The notes under the pieces were generated by a model. That model ran no database searches, was not told the origin of the DNA, and saw only the letters and a program-made list of their open reading frames with translations. This document shows positions 48,336-59,404 of a stretch of DNA of 64,000 bases, piece after piece. The DNA comes from an uncultured Gammaproteobacteria bacterium. Lineage in GTDB: Bacteria; Patescibacteriota; Microgenomatia; Daviesbacterales; UBA10151. The DNA lies in NCBI GenBank assembly GCA_964523905.1, contig CAZFYQ010000005.1:10299-74298 (forward strand). Direction: 5' to 3'. A program made the position numbers and the translations under genes. The first letter of the stretch is position 1. Each line of letters opens with the position of its first letter.

Positions 48336-48975
48336 ACTTTAAAAATCCTCTACTCTTCAACTTCCCTTCAATTACTCTTTCTAAATGATAACGCAGAACC
48401 CTCTCCAGTTCCATAGCCTCTTTTTGATTAACCGGGATCTTCTCAATTTGATCCCAAGATAAAGTTTCCAGTTTTTTAAGTAAATCCCCTGCTTCTCCCA
48501 CCAGTCCACCCACTCCAGCACCTTCTTCTTTAAAACCAATAAATCCTAAATCAGCTAAAACTTTAGCCTCAAAAGCCCTAATTAAAATCTGCCGCGGTTT
48601 AATAGACAGTCTTCTTAAAACTTGCAGAAGGTGTTCATATAAGATCCGGTTTTCCTGATTTTCTACTGTCAGTTTGTTAACCAGTTCAATAATATGGAAA
48701 GCATAGGTAGATAGGGTTAAATCCTCCTTTAGCTTGGAAAAAGTTTCTAAACTTTCTGCCTCGGTCAGAATTGGCATGCCCTTTCCCACATATAAATACA
48801 TCTGTACGCGGTTTAGCAGCTCAACATTCCCGGCGCGCCGGGAAGTTACTCTTCTAACCCCCTTAGCCACTATGGAAATTTTCCCTTTTTGAAGTGTAAA
48901 AACAGTTAAAACGCGATCCGCCTCCCCAAAATCTTTTCTTTTTAACACAATCCCTTCACACTTAAATGATGGCAT
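48328..48975 (-). CDS. recO: DNA repair protein RecO
   Basis: EGIVLKRKDFGEADRVLTVFT..GKI...AKGVR. Confidence 0.92.
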   Translation of the reverse strand: MPSFKCEGIVLKRKDFGEADRVLTVFTLQKGKISIVAKGVRRVTSRRAGNVELLNRVQMYLYVGKGMPILTEAESLETFSKLKEDLTLSTYAFHIIELVNKLTVENQENRILYEHLLQVLRRLSIKPRQILIRAFEAKVLADLGFIGFKEEGAGVGGLVGEAGDLLKKLETLSWDQIEKIPVNQKEAMELERVLRYHLERVIEGKLKSRGFLKYG

Positions 48976-48981
48976 GAGTAG

Positions 48982-49052
48982 GACTATATCACGAAGTCAT
49001 ACAGGAAGCGAAGCGACTATATCACGAAGTCATACAGGAAGCGAAGCGACTA
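48982..49052. repeat. exact 33-bp tandem duplication
   Basis: GACTATATCACGAAGTCATACAGGAAGCGAAGC x2 plus GACTA. Confidence 0.9.
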
Positions 49053-50921
49053 GATCCCAAATTTAATTTCTTCATCACTGGTTAGGTTTAAATCAGCTTT
49101 GGTAAAAGCGCCGTTTTTGATGATGTAATGAAAGTCTTTGGCGCCGGGCTGTTTTTGGATTAACAGCTGATATTGGCCTTTTGGCTGGTAGGGAATTTGG
49201 TATTCAAATTCCAGTTTTCTGGTATTGCCCGGCCTCACTTGGATAAAGGCATCAAAGACAGTTTTCCCCAGCTCATCAAAAGTGTGCACTGCATCTTCCG
49301 AGCCTTTGGAGGAAATTAGTTTACTACCGGCTGGAACATAGACTCTGACATAATCACGATTAATTCCATTTAACCAGGTGGCAAAGGCTTTGGCATTTTT
49401 ATATTCAATAGTGATTTTTTTAGTCACTTTACCACCAGAAATATTAATTTCCTGAGTGACTGTTTGATCAACATATAAATTAGACTTCCCCCCAGCAAAA
49501 TTAGAATCATTAATCGCCAGATAATCTCCATTATAATTTTGAATTTGACCAGTCCAGTTTAGTTTGGACAATGCCGCTTCTAAATTAGCATCATGCATAT
49601 AAAACAGCACATGCTTTTCATTGGCTAAGGTAGCTAAAGTTTCGATCAGGGCTGGTAGTTTAGCAACATCACTGCCTAATGAATGAGATAGAATTTGTTG
49701 CATCAAAACGCCCAGCACAGCCTTGCGATCTGCCTGACCCTTGGCAGCAATTTCCGCATAGGATTCCAACTCATAAATTACGTTAGGACAACTACATCTT
49801 TGATCAATTTTATCCGAATAAGTAGTACCATTAACATCAATCGGTCCGGTAATACCGATTAGCTCCTCCACTACCTGGGTATCAATATAAATAATTCCAT
49901 CAAATGGTAAGCCTTGACCAAGCAAACTATACATTGTTTCAAATTCTTTGGCCGAAGTTGGTACATCCGGAGATAAATTAGAATCGCGCATACTCCAAGC
50001 CGAACGTGTCTTACCATCAGCTTCCGGCAAGTATTTTACAATCGGAGCCGGAGGAGTTAGGGGACAAATTTTCTTTTGACATACTTGCAGCAATTTTTCA
50101 TCCAAACGGTAAATATCATCGGATGATGTAGCGCTAACCTGGCCGTTACTTAGCTGCATGGTAGCATAGGCTGTCATAAACCCACCAGTGGCCCTAATTT
50201 CTTTGTCATTTTGGAAAAGCAGTAAATAATTTTTACTGGAAGGAATTCCTAGCGCTCCCGGAGCCAATCTTAAAGCATCTTTACCCTGTCCAACTGCCAC
50301 TCCAGCTCCCAAAATAAAGTTTTTGGCTACTTCAATATTTTGACGGACATTTTTGCCCCCAATTTTATCAGGATACTTTGTCGTATCAATTCCTTTGACA
50401 TCATCAGCCCCTTTTTGGAAATTAGCCGCCACTTTATCCAAAATCGGCACTGTTTTATCCAAAATCTTTAGTCCTTGTGAAATACGATCCGGTCCGGATT
50501 TAGGATGCCCATCAAATCCTAGCTCGGCCTTACTAGGAGCTAAATTGTCGAAGATAGTAGTTAAACCAGTTAAATCCGCCACCCCACCAGACACCAACCC
50601 TTGGACATCAGAATAATATCCACCGGCAATTGGTACAATTTTTAGCCAAATTAGAAAAGTTAAGGCAAAATTTACTTGTTGCAATCCACCTTTGGTAGCA
50701 TTAGCTTCATTTCTGATCTGATCAAAATTTTGAGCCTTATAAGCTTCTACCAAACTTTTTCCATGAGCAGATACTTGCTTAAAACCTAAGTAAATAAATA
50801 TTGAAGGAATAATCAAGGCAATTAGTAAAACCACCAGCACTCTCACTAAATTCTTTTTAAAAGCTGAGGGCTTTTTTTTACTAAAACTTTGTTTTTCTAG
50901 TCTTTTGTTTAAATTAATCAT
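49050..50921 (-). CDS. DUF4012-like protein
   Basis: YLLLFQNDKEIRATGGF, RDSNLSPD, NFAGGKSN, YVRVYVP. Confidence 0.82.
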   Translation of the reverse strand: MINLNKRLEKQSFSKKKPSAFKKNLVRVLVVLLIALIIPSIFIYLGFKQVSAHGKSLVEAYKAQNFDQIRNEANATKGGLQQVNFALTFLIWLKIVPIAGGYYSDVQGLVSGGVADLTGLTTIFDNLAPSKAELGFDGHPKSGPDRISQGLKILDKTVPILDKVAANFQKGADDVKGIDTTKYPDKIGGKNVRQNIEVAKNFILGAGVAVGQGKDALRLAPGALGIPSSKNYLLLFQNDKEIRATGGFMTAYATMQLSNGQVSATSSDDIYRLDEKLLQVCQKKICPLTPPAPIVKYLPEADGKTRSAWSMRDSNLSPDVPTSAKEFETMYSLLGQGLPFDGIIYIDTQVVEELIGITGPIDVNGTTYSDKIDQRCSCPNVIYELESYAEIAAKGQADRKAVLGVLMQQILSHSLGSDVAKLPALIETLATLANEKHVLFYMHDANLEAALSKLNWTGQIQNYNGDYLAINDSNFAGGKSNLYVDQTVTQEINISGGKVTKKITIEYKNAKAFATWLNGINRDYVRVYVPAGSKLISSKGSEDAVHTFDELGKTVFDAFIQVRPGNTRKLEFEYQIPYQPKGQYQLLIQKQPGAKDFHYIIKNGAFTKADLNLTSDEEIKFGI

Positions 50922-51553
50922 ACCGCTCCCTTACCCGACAGCACTGCCGGGATAGTTTTTAAAAGTAGCCACAGATCGTAAAAAACTGATCTTTTTTCTA
51001 CATACGAGGCATCCATTTGCACTCTTTTATCAAAGTTAATTTCCGATCTTCCTGATACCTGCCAGATCCCGGTTATTCCTGGTTTACCGGATAAAATAAT
51101 CTTAACATATTTTCTAGATGCCGGATATTCTGCTTGCTGGTGTTCCAACTCATCCGGATAATAAGCTCTTGGACCAACTAAACTCATCTCCCCCCGAGCT
51201 ACGTTAATTAGTTGAGGCAACTCATCTAGGGAATACTTTCTGATAAATTTACCAACCTGGGTAATACGAGGATCATTATATAGCTTGTAACTGCCTTTTT
51301 TGTATTCCTGGTAAAGTTCTTGAAATTTTGGATCAGTCCGCAGTAAATCATGAGCATTGGAAATCATAGATCTAAATTTAAACATCCTAAATTGTTTACC
51401 CTCTTTGCCTACTCTCATTGGAGTATCAGCAAATACCGGTCCCACTGAATCCATTTTTATCGCGATCGCGACCAGTAAAAAGATGGGGGATAAAATAATT
51501 AACCCAATAGCTGCTCCAATTAAATCAATCAGTCTTTTAATTAAACTATACAT
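50918..51553 (-). CDS. polyprenyl-phosphate sugar transferase (priming glycosyltransferase)
   Basis: KRLIDL, KFRSM, DPRIT, SLDELPQL, GEMSLVGPR, KPGITG. Confidence 0.95.
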   Translation of the reverse strand: MYSLIKRLIDLIGAAIGLIILSPIFLLVAIAIKMDSVGPVFADTPMRVGKEGKQFRMFKFRSMISNAHDLLRTDPKFQELYQEYKKGSYKLYNDPRITQVGKFIRKYSLDELPQLINVARGEMSLVGPRAYYPDELEHQQAEYPASRKYVKIILSGKPGITGIWQVSGRSEINFDKRVQMDASYVEKRSVFYDLWLLLKTIPAVLSGKGAV

Positions 51554-51564
51554 GCTTTTATATA

Positions 51565-52572
51565 CTACACTAAAGCTACCACTGCTTTCTTAAAATTATC
51601 TTTAAATATCTCTTTACTAAAGTTTGCCGCATTTTCCCGGCATTTTTGAGGATCAAATTTAAGATGCTCCAATTTTTTAATGGCTGCTACTAAACTTTCA
51701 ACCGTTTGATCTTCAAAAAAAATTCCGGTTTCATCTTTAATGACAGTTTCTAAAGCCCCACCTTTAGCAAAGGCGATCACCGGTTTACCTAAAGCCTGCG
51801 CCTCCAAAGCTGATAACCCAAAATCTTCAATCCCAGCAATTACCAAGGCTTTACAACCAGACATTATTTTTACTACTATTTCATCTGATAAACCGCCTTG
51901 GATAACTTTTAATTCAATATCTAAACTGCGACAAGCAGCTTTTACTAAATCCACTTTTTTGTAATTATTTGGTCTGGCCACAACCACAAGATACCCGCCA
52001 TCAAATGTTTCAATATTTTTAAATCTGTCCAGATCTATAAACGGATAAACCACTTTAGACTGTTGATGATAAATTTTGGCAATCCTTTTTTGGGCATTGA
52101 TAGACCCGGCTAAGAAATGGTCCACCCGACTGGCGCTAACCTGATCATAAATCCGCAGTTTACTAAGCAAGACTTCCCCCCAGCCAAAATGCGGTAATCC
52201 GGAAAAATGCCATAGAAATCTCGGCGGAGTATGACAATAACAAATATGCACTGTTTCTGGTTTAGTAACTATCGCTTTAGCAAACCGGGTGGTATGAGAA
52301 ATTACCAAATCAAAACCATCAAAATTAAACTGTTCAAAAGCAATTGGATACAAAGGCAGTAAGGTTTTATATAAGCTGATGGCCCCGGGAATTTTCTGCA
52401 AAAAGGATGTAATAATTTTTTTCTTACCAAATTTCTGTTTTAAAATTGGATTATTTTGATTAAATAAGGAAGTAAAAATTGGCGCTTCCGGATATATTTC
52501 ACATAAACCCTCTAAGACTCTTTCTGCCCCACCCCATTGCACTAAATCATCATGAACTATTGCAACTCGCAT
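51565..52572 (-). CDS. family 4 glycosyltransferase
   Basis: HDDLVQWGGAERV, YCHTPPR, EDFGLSALEA. Confidence 0.92.
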   Translation of the reverse strand: MRVAIVHDDLVQWGGAERVLEGLCEIYPEAPIFTSLFNQNNPILKQKFGKKKIITSFLQKIPGAISLYKTLLPLYPIAFEQFNFDGFDLVISHTTRFAKAIVTKPETVHICYCHTPPRFLWHFSGLPHFGWGEVLLSKLRIYDQVSASRVDHFLAGSINAQKRIAKIYHQQSKVVYPFIDLDRFKNIETFDGGYLVVVARPNNYKKVDLVKAACRSLDIELKVIQGGLSDEIVVKIMSGCKALVIAGIEDFGLSALEAQALGKPVIAFAKGGALETVIKDETGIFFEDQTVESLVAAIKKLEHLKFDPQKCRENAANFSKEIFKDNFKKAVVALV

Positions 52573-53648
52573 TTTTCGTATACCTCCAAAGTTTGCTGTG
52601 CAAGATGTTTCCAGCTAAATAATTTTACTCGCGTTTGTCCTTTTTTAATCAATTCCTTTCTTAAACTTGCTGATTCAATAACTGAGGATATTTTATTCGC
52701 CATTTCTGGGATATTTTTCGGGTTAAAATAAATCGCCGCCTCCCCTCCCACTTCTGGTAAACTCCCAGCACTAGAGGAAACTACTGGCGCACCCAAAGCC
52801 ATTGCTTCCAGTATTGGTATACCAAATCCCTCCTCAAACGACGGTTCAATATAGGCTACTGCGTTTTGATACAAAGCAGTCAGCTGAATATCTGTTACAA
52901 AACCTGTATAAATAATATCCGGGTCTCGATATTTTTCCTGAAGTCTTTGCCAAAAATAACTACTTTTACCAACCAAAACTAATTTCAATGAAGCATTAGT
53001 TTTTTTCAATATTTGAAAGGCCTTTAATAAACCTTCCACATTTTTGTGTGGATGCGCATTACCGACAAATAAAATATATTTGCCATTAATTTCTGTCTTA
53101 GTTTTTGATTGATTTAATAATCGATCATCAGCAGCCTCATTAGTGATGGTAATTTTTTGTCCCTGCAAATTAGTTTCATTAATTAATTGTTCCTTAACAT
53201 GTTTGGAGGGTACTAAAATATGAACAGATTTTTTAATAGCATGATTAAACACTTTAGAATATCCAATTTGCTTTAGCTGATAAACTAGTGGTCCATGAGT
53301 TGTCGAATGTTGCAGATTAAAATGCCTGTGAATCAAGTCATGAATTGTTACCACAAATTTGCCTTTATAAAAAACCGGCACATTAAAATGTGGAAAATGC
53401 ATCAGATCTAAATTATATTTATTTAGCAGTGCTGGAAATTTAAATTGTTCAGCCATTCCATACCAGGGAAAATCAGCCGCAACTGCTTTAAAATTGGCAC
53501 TGATTTTAAAATCAGCTAAATCCTTGGATAACATAAAAACCACATACTGATTTTCTTTATCCAATAGCTGCAGATTAGAAATTAAATTCCGGATATAACG
53601 GCCAACGCCGGATTCATTATAAAAACGCGCGTCAATGCCAATGATCAT
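52557..53648 (-). CDS. family 4 glycosyltransferase
   Basis: GIDAR, TIHDL, EGFGIPILEAM. Confidence 0.93.
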   Translation of the reverse strand: MIIGIDARFYNESGVGRYIRNLISNLQLLDKENQYVVFMLSKDLADFKISANFKAVAADFPWYGMAEQFKFPALLNKYNLDLMHFPHFNVPVFYKGKFVVTIHDLIHRHFNLQHSTTHGPLVYQLKQIGYSKVFNHAIKKSVHILVPSKHVKEQLINETNLQGQKITITNEAADDRLLNQSKTKTEINGKYILFVGNAHPHKNVEGLLKAFQILKKTNASLKLVLVGKSSYFWQRLQEKYRDPDIIYTGFVTDIQLTALYQNAVAYIEPSFEEGFGIPILEAMALGAPVVSSSAGSLPEVGGEAAIYFNPKNIPEMANKISSVIESASLRKELIKKGQTRVKLFSWKHLAQQTLEVYEKCELQ

Positions 53649-54832
53649 TTTTTGGCCAGGCCCTCATAAATCTGGCTTAGATTTTTGGCAATCTGGTCCC
53701 AGTTATTTTTTTGCTCAACTAATTTTTTAGCATTTTGGGCAATTTTTTTAGCTAACACAGGATCATTAATTACCTCAATTGCTGCTTTGGCAAGTTCACC
53801 GGGATTATCTCGCAAAATCACTTCAAGTCCATCTTTGGCATCAATTCCTCCAATACCAATCGAGGTAGTTACAACCGGCAGACCTGAAGCAAATGCTTCA
53901 AAGTTTTTATATCTGGTTCCTCCTCCACCATAAATTGGTGCAACGAGTACCCAAGCCTGTTGATAAACCTCACGAACATCAGCAACTTCATCTACTCTAA
54001 TATTTGATCCTTCTAAATGATGGAAAAAGTTTTTAGCATCCTTACCAATAATCCAAAGTTTGGCACTTGGAATACTTTGGCTAATAGTTGGCCAGACTTT
54101 GCTTATTAAAATCTTGACTGCTTCTCTATTTTGTAACCAGGTAAAGTTTCCTAAGTATAAAACTACCGGTTCTTTAAACCTCTTACTTACTACCTTACTA
54201 AAATAAGCTGTATCCACCCCATTTGGCACAATTTCTGAGCGCAGTCCAGGCAACTGAAACTTCATTGTTTTCTCATCCTCATCTGACATGGCAGCTACCA
54301 CTGTAGCTTTCTCCCAAAATCTTTTCTCCCAAAGTTTTAGCTTTTCGACATCTATGTACAGAAAAGGCTTCAAGAAAAGCAAAGAAAATTCATCGACAAA
54401 ATGTTTATAAACTAAATATTCAATAGTTTGTTCTACAAGCAAAACTGGTATGTTAGTTTCCGGCAAATGAGGCATTACATAAAAAGTTTCCGCATGAATT
54501 AAATCAAATTGCTCTTTTTTTAATTTTTCCTCAATCGCCGCTTTTTCTCCCTTAGCCCAATTTCTAATTACCAAAAAGGGATAGACTGAAAAGCCGGTTC
54601 TTAAAATATTGGTAAATGTCCACGGTTTTTCCGGACGATTAAATACTCGAACTTCCTGACAATATTTTTCCAGCTCCGAGACATATTGTTTTTCTTTTTC
54701 ACTTTTTACTAGACAAAACAATGTAATTTGATGACCGAGGGAAGATAATCTTTTAATTAAGTTGTATGAACGGGTCTGACCACCTGTTAGTAATGGATAC
54801 GGCAGATATGGAGTCAGCATTAGCACTTTCAT
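53645..54832 (-). CDS. family 4 glycosyltransferase
   Basis: PYLPYP..GGQ, VPNGVD, GGGTRYKNFEAFASG. Confidence 0.9.
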   Translation of the reverse strand: MKVLMLTPYLPYPLLTGGQTRSYNLIKRLSSLGHQITLFCLVKSEKEKQYVSELEKYCQEVRVFNRPEKPWTFTNILRTGFSVYPFLVIRNWAKGEKAAIEEKLKKEQFDLIHAETFYVMPHLPETNIPVLLVEQTIEYLVYKHFVDEFSLLFLKPFLYIDVEKLKLWEKRFWEKATVVAAMSDEDEKTMKFQLPGLRSEIVPNGVDTAYFSKVVSKRFKEPVVLYLGNFTWLQNREAVKILISKVWPTISQSIPSAKLWIIGKDAKNFFHHLEGSNIRVDEVADVREVYQQAWVLVAPIYGGGGTRYKNFEAFASGLPVVTTSIGIGGIDAKDGLEVILRDNPGELAKAAIEVINDPVLAKKIAQNAKKLVEQKNNWDQIAKNLSQIYEGLAKK

Positions 54833-54840
54833 GTTTATGT

Positions 54841-56301
54841 TTATGGTTCCGGGTCAGTAGCAGTTAACGGATGTTCAATTACAGTTAGATCAGCAATTAC
54901 AAATCCCGGAGTATTTTCCAGGATTTTGAAATGCCGAATTACCCAGTTAGTCTTATCATCTTTGCTTACTGAAACAAAACTCGTCACACCATAATCTGCC
55001 ACTAAATCAGTTAGTGGCAACGGCGTAAACGGGAAACCAACCCGATTGGTTTGATACAAAAAAGCCGTGTCTCCGTTATACGGGGCCACAACGACCGCAT
55101 CCGTTGGTAAAATTTTATCAGCCTCTTTTCCAGCATCCACAATCACTCCATTATTAATCTGATAAAAACCCTTCACCTGAGTATAGGTGAAGTAAAAAGC
55201 TAAAGGCAGAAAAAGTAAGGCTAAAATAATAGTCCAAAATCTTGGTAGAAATTCCTTGATCCCTTTGATTAAATAAACAAAACCTAAGGTTAAAAAAACC
55301 GCGGCAATCGGCACAAAAATATATTGATAATAATTATGTTGCACGTTGCCGGTTGCAAAAATTACAAAATATCCAAAAAAAGATAGCAGCCAAACATGAA
55401 AAAAGTAATTACGGTCTTTTGGCTTAATAATTACACCAATTACAAAAAGCACTAAACCGGTTGCACCAAGTATCTCCTGTCCCAGTCTTTCACCAATAAT
55501 CCACCACCAAAAAGCCGGACGGAAACGAATGCCATTAGAATTTAGCAGCCAACTGGATGCCGGAATTCCCTCTGGATGATTTAAAATCCAAAGCCGCCAA
55601 ATAATAAATGGCAAAACAGCTAAAACAAATGGCCAAATATATTTTAAACTTTTTTTAAAACTGCCTTCTTTTCTTAACACCGAATACAGCAAAGGTGGCA
55701 CGAAAAAAATCGCCCAAGGCTTTATTAAAAATGCTACCATTGTAAAAATAAAACCCCATCCTCCCCATTGTCTTTTGTCCGTGATCCAGGAATCGACAAA
55801 GTAAATCATTCCTAAAGAAAAAAATAAAAAGGTCGGTTCGGGTAAGGTAGTTCTGGAAAAGTAAATATTAAACGGCAATAGTCCATAAATTAATGCAATT
55901 AAAAGTCCTTTTAAAACTCCCAAATATTTCCGGGAAATTAAATACAAAAAGATAATACTGCCTAAAGAAAAAAGCACCGAGACCAACCGGGAATATTTAT
56001 CCATTGCTCCAAAAAATAAAAAAATAAGATAAACCGCCATGTTGTAAATAGGAAACTCCACAAAGCGATAGTGATTAAAATTAATAATTGGATGCTCAGA
56101 AATACCTGACATATCATCAAATTTGGGTAAAAATGGATTGAACCCATATTTTAGGAAGTTTCTGGTCACTCCTGCTGTGTCTGCTTGTCTCCAGGAATGC
56201 CAATCAGCAATTGGTGAATCAATTTTATAAAGCCTAACTATCAAGGAGACCAGTAAAATTAAAAGTAGCCAAAAATATTGGTTTTTAAAAACTTTTATCA
56301 T
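54841..56301 (-). CDS. GT-C (ArnT/PMT-like) membrane glycosyltransferase
   Basis: HSWRQADT, EFPIY, FSRTTLPE, HNYYQ; many TMs. Confidence 0.8.
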   Translation of the reverse strand: MIKVFKNQYFWLLLILLVSLIVRLYKIDSPIADWHSWRQADTAGVTRNFLKYGFNPFLPKFDDMSGISEHPIINFNHYRFVEFPIYNMAVYLIFLFFGAMDKYSRLVSVLFSLGSIIFLYLISRKYLGVLKGLLIALIYGLLPFNIYFSRTTLPEPTFLFFSLGMIYFVDSWITDKRQWGGWGFIFTMVAFLIKPWAIFFVPPLLYSVLRKEGSFKKSLKYIWPFVLAVLPFIIWRLWILNHPEGIPASSWLLNSNGIRFRPAFWWWIIGERLGQEILGATGLVLFVIGVIIKPKDRNYFFHVWLLSFFGYFVIFATGNVQHNYYQYIFVPIAAVFLTLGFVYLIKGIKEFLPRFWTIILALLFLPLAFYFTYTQVKGFYQINNGVIVDAGKEADKILPTDAVVVAPYNGDTAFLYQTNRVGFPFTPLPLTDLVADYGVTSFVSVSKDDKTNWVIRHFKILENTPGFVIADLTVIEHPLTATDPEP

Positions 56302-57713
56302 AATTCTCTTCCAGCCAATCCCAATCCTAGCATTAACCAAAACAAAGAGGCCACTTTTGATGCTTCCAAAACATCAATAAACATCCCGTTAATAATAAAG
56401 GCAATCATCATTGCAAATACCCCGACAGAAAAATAACGAATTAATTTACTTTCACTTTTAATATCATTTAATAATCTTTTTCCAACGGCAATAAGAACCA
56501 GTAACAGCGCCCAAGTCCCCAAAATTCCCACCTCCCCCAAAGACCTTAAAAAATCATTATCTGTGGCGATATCAATTGATGAATAACCAGTTCCCAAAAA
56601 TGGGTTTTTGGTAAAAGCTGCAATCGCCCTTGGCCATTCAATATTTAACCGAATTTCAAATGAACGAAAAACTCCCAGTTGAGTTGTATCAATTGGTTCA
56701 CCTGGTGCAATATCTGTTGCTACACCAGCAGAATGAGTGGCAAAAGTAGCAGTATTGGCCGAAGTACTGGATGTTTTTACAGCCAACGTTGGAATGTTTA
56801 ATTTACTGCGAATTTGTTGATCCTGAGTTTTTCCAGTATACCTTTGCCCTAAGTTAAACAAATTAACAGTCACAGTAGAGACTAGTCTATCCCGCAACTG
56901 GGAAGGATATAACAAGATTACTACTGCTGCGACAACAAATAATAGAATATATTTTTTCTGTTTTCCTAAGATAAGTACCAAAATCATCCCTGCCAAAGCC
57001 GCAAAAAAGGATTGCCTAGCAGCAGTCATAATCAACAAAAATAATGACAAACCGCCCAAAAGAATTACCGGGAACCTAAATCGTTTTTTGAGAACAAAAA
57101 AAAGCGCTGTTAAAACCGTAATTGCCATGGCCAAAAAGATTGCCAAATCATAATGTCCGGCAAAAGTAGAATTAACTCTGGCATCCGGTGTTAGCCGTAA
57201 AATTTGTCCTTTTGAAAATTCAGAATTAGTTGTAGAAATAACTGGCCAGTCCAGATATATTTGTCCCAGTCCATATACATTAACTGCCAAAATTGTCGCA
57301 GCTAAAACCAAAAGGATAATCACCACATCTTTTTTCTTTCGCACCACTGAAACCACCACAGGCAAAAGTATCATAAATTCTACTCTTCTTAAAAAATGTA
57401 AAAAGCCCAGATGTGGCACGACTGTATGAGTTAAAAAAATTGCCGAGAAAGTCGACACCAGTCCTACAAAAAAGAACAGCAAAATTGTTTGGTTAAGTCG
57501 GTCTTTAAATAAACTGACTAAAGTACCTGTTAACAACACATTAATCCCCCACAGTAAAATAGCAATTGCAATTAAAATATCCTCCAAACGAATTGCCACA
57601 AAAGTTCCTGAGACATTAAATAAAGGAAATTTAGGATATAGCGGAATAAAAGCAAAAATAAAAGTAACAAACCAGTAAAGAAATTTGTTTAAAAAATTAT
57701 TGAATTTATTCAT
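56298..57713 (-). CDS. O-antigen ligase/polymerase family protein
   Basis: RVNSTFAGHYD, TAARQS, NPFLGTG, TDNDFLR.LGE.G. Confidence 0.82.
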   Translation of the reverse strand: MNKFNNFLNKFLYWFVTFIFAFIPLYPKFPLFNVSGTFVAIRLEDILIAIAILLWGINVLLTGTLVSLFKDRLNQTILLFFFVGLVSTFSAIFLTHTVVPHLGFLHFLRRVEFMILLPVVVSVVRKKKDVVIILLVLAATILAVNVYGLGQIYLDWPVISTTNSEFSKGQILRLTPDARVNSTFAGHYDLAIFLAMAITVLTALFFVLKKRFRFPVILLGGLSLFLLIMTAARQSFFAALAGMILVLILGKQKKYILLFVVAAVVILLYPSQLRDRLVSTVTVNLFNLGQRYTGKTQDQQIRSKLNIPTLAVKTSSTSANTATFATHSAGVATDIAPGEPIDTTQLGVFRSFEIRLNIEWPRAIAAFTKNPFLGTGYSSIDIATDNDFLRSLGEVGILGTWALLLVLIAVGKRLLNDIKSESKLIRYFSVGVFAMMIAFIINGMFIDVLEASKVASLFWLMLGLGLAGREL

Positions 57714-58257
57714 GTTTAAAAATCACTATCTTGCTTAAAACATACAGTAAAAAAACCGATGCCGTAATTCCCAGCCAAACCAAAAGTCTTATTAACAGGC
57801 TCGAGGGATAGAATCGCATTGTTACTTTAGTTGACCAGTGGTCACCATTTTGCACAAAATCAGTTGCCCCCCAAAATTTTGGAGTACCGTCCTGATAAAA
57901 AGGTTCAAAACCATTAACATAAATTGAGTCCCTAAGAGGATAAACAAACTCTTCAATATAGGTACTATCAGTATACTTTTTTATCGCAATCCAGGCATAT
58001 TCCGGAGGGCGATTAATCACAATTGGTGGAAATGGCAAGCCGGTTCTTGTTTGATAAAAGTGCTCATAAAAAGGAATGACAAAATCACGGTAGTTATTGG
58101 AAAAATACCCAGCCACATTAGGTATCTGTATGGTGTCCCCCTCTAATGTTGATTTATCAGACTTGGGTAAAGCCGGAAAATCGGAAATTCTGCCCGGGCC
58201 TGACCAGATCATATAAACCAATAAAACTATTGAAAATGTAATAAAAATATATTTCAT
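57706..58257 (-). CDS. hypothetical membrane protein
   Basis: 183-aa ORF with terminal TMs, overlapping both neighbours in the operon. Confidence 0.75.
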   Translation of the reverse strand: MKYIFITFSIVLLVYMIWSGPGRISDFPALPKSDKSTLEGDTIQIPNVAGYFSNNYRDFVIPFYEHFYQTRTGLPFPPIVINRPPEYAWIAIKKYTDSTYIEEFVYPLRDSIYVNGFEPFYQDGTPKFWGATDFVQNGDHWSTKVTMRFYPSSLLIRLLVWLGITASVFLLYVLSKIVIFKHE

Positions 58258-58856
58258 TGAAACCAGCGAGCCCTACCCAACTTGTAATGCGGATCTTTTA
58301 ATTTTCTCTCCCCTATGACTTTGGCAGGCACCCCACCAACAATAGCAAATTCTGCCACATCTTCCACTACTACAGCAGCAGCAGCTACAATAGCGCCCTT
58401 TCCAATAGTCACACCTGGTAAAATAATCGCCCTTGGCCCAATGAATACGTAATCATCAATCACTACTGGTGCCAAAACTGCTTTAAAATCCTCCGCGCTA
58501 ATGTCATGCTCGGAATTATAAATTAACACATCTGAGGCAATATCCACATGATTTCCAATAATTAAACTGTCCCGACCATCTAAAAAGACATTTTTGCCAA
58601 TTAAAGTATCTGTCCCAATACGAACTTTTTTTAAAGAAAAAAAACTGCCACCCATATGAATACTGGTTCCTGAACCAATTTTGGCTCCGGCCAGTCTATA
58701 AAGTAGCCGACGCAGGTGATGTAAGGGCAAATAGCTAAGGATATTTATCACAAACAAAGCTAAATCAGCTAAATAATTATAAAGTCGGTTAGCAATCTTA
58801 CCTGAAGCCTCCTCAGAAGATAATTCCCTACCATTACGATCATAAAAAACAGCCAT
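58254..58856 (-). CDS. hexapeptide-repeat O-acyltransferase
   Basis: [30 protein letters not shown]...GGVPAK. Confidence 0.92.
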   Translation of the reverse strand: MAVFYDRNGRELSSEEASGKIANRLYNYLADLALFVINILSYLPLHHLRRLLYRLAGAKIGSGTSIHMGGSFFSLKKVRIGTDTLIGKNVFLDGRDSLIIGNHVDIASDVLIYNSEHDISAEDFKAVLAPVVIDDYVFIGPRAIILPGVTIGKGAIVAAAAVVVEDVAEFAIVGGVPAKVIGERKLKDPHYKLGRARWFQ

Positions 58857-58960
58857 ACCTACTAATTATATGGAGAATCCACACCATAAGCAAACCCTAC
58901 CATAGCTCTCGATCCTATAGTTTCTGGTAATCTCCCTAATTTTTTGTATAATACTCCTCT

Positions 58961-59374
58961 ATGGTTAGCGAATCTTTATTTAGTAAGCTAGAAACTGATG
59001 CTCAAGAAGCTGCAGATCTTGCATACCGGGCAGTCTCAAAAGGTTATGGTGTTCCTGTAGACCTAATATTTCGTCAAGCAGGATTCTGCTTCTCAGTAAG
59101 TAAAGATATGGTGGAAACTCTGCATAAAATGAATCGTAATGCTTATCTCTTAGAAGCAAACGGAAGAGGTCACTTTAATGTTGAACTTGAGGCTTTGTTT
59201 CTTACTGATGCTACATGGCAACAATTTTTGGGATTGAACCCTTCCGATCCAAGCCCTGCACTCGCACCTAAAGTTTTAATAGGACTTCGATCCGAAATCC
59301 CTGTAATACTTAGACGATTTAGTACTCCTGATTATGCAATATCTCTAATAACTAAAACACATATATTTCGTTAG
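58961..59374 (+). CDS. hypothetical protein, possible Cys-His-Asp (transglutaminase/papain-like) fold
   Basis: GFCFSVS...GHFNV...TDATWQQF. Confidence 0.6.
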   Translation: MVSESLFSKLETDAQEAADLAYRAVSKGYGVPVDLIFRQAGFCFSVSKDMVETLHKMNRNAYLLEANGRGHFNVELEALFLTDATWQQFLGLNPSDPSPALAPKVLIGLRSEIPVILRRFSTPDYAISLITKTHIFR

Positions 59375-59404
59375 GCGCAGTTTAAGTAAGAGTATAATGA
59401 GGTT

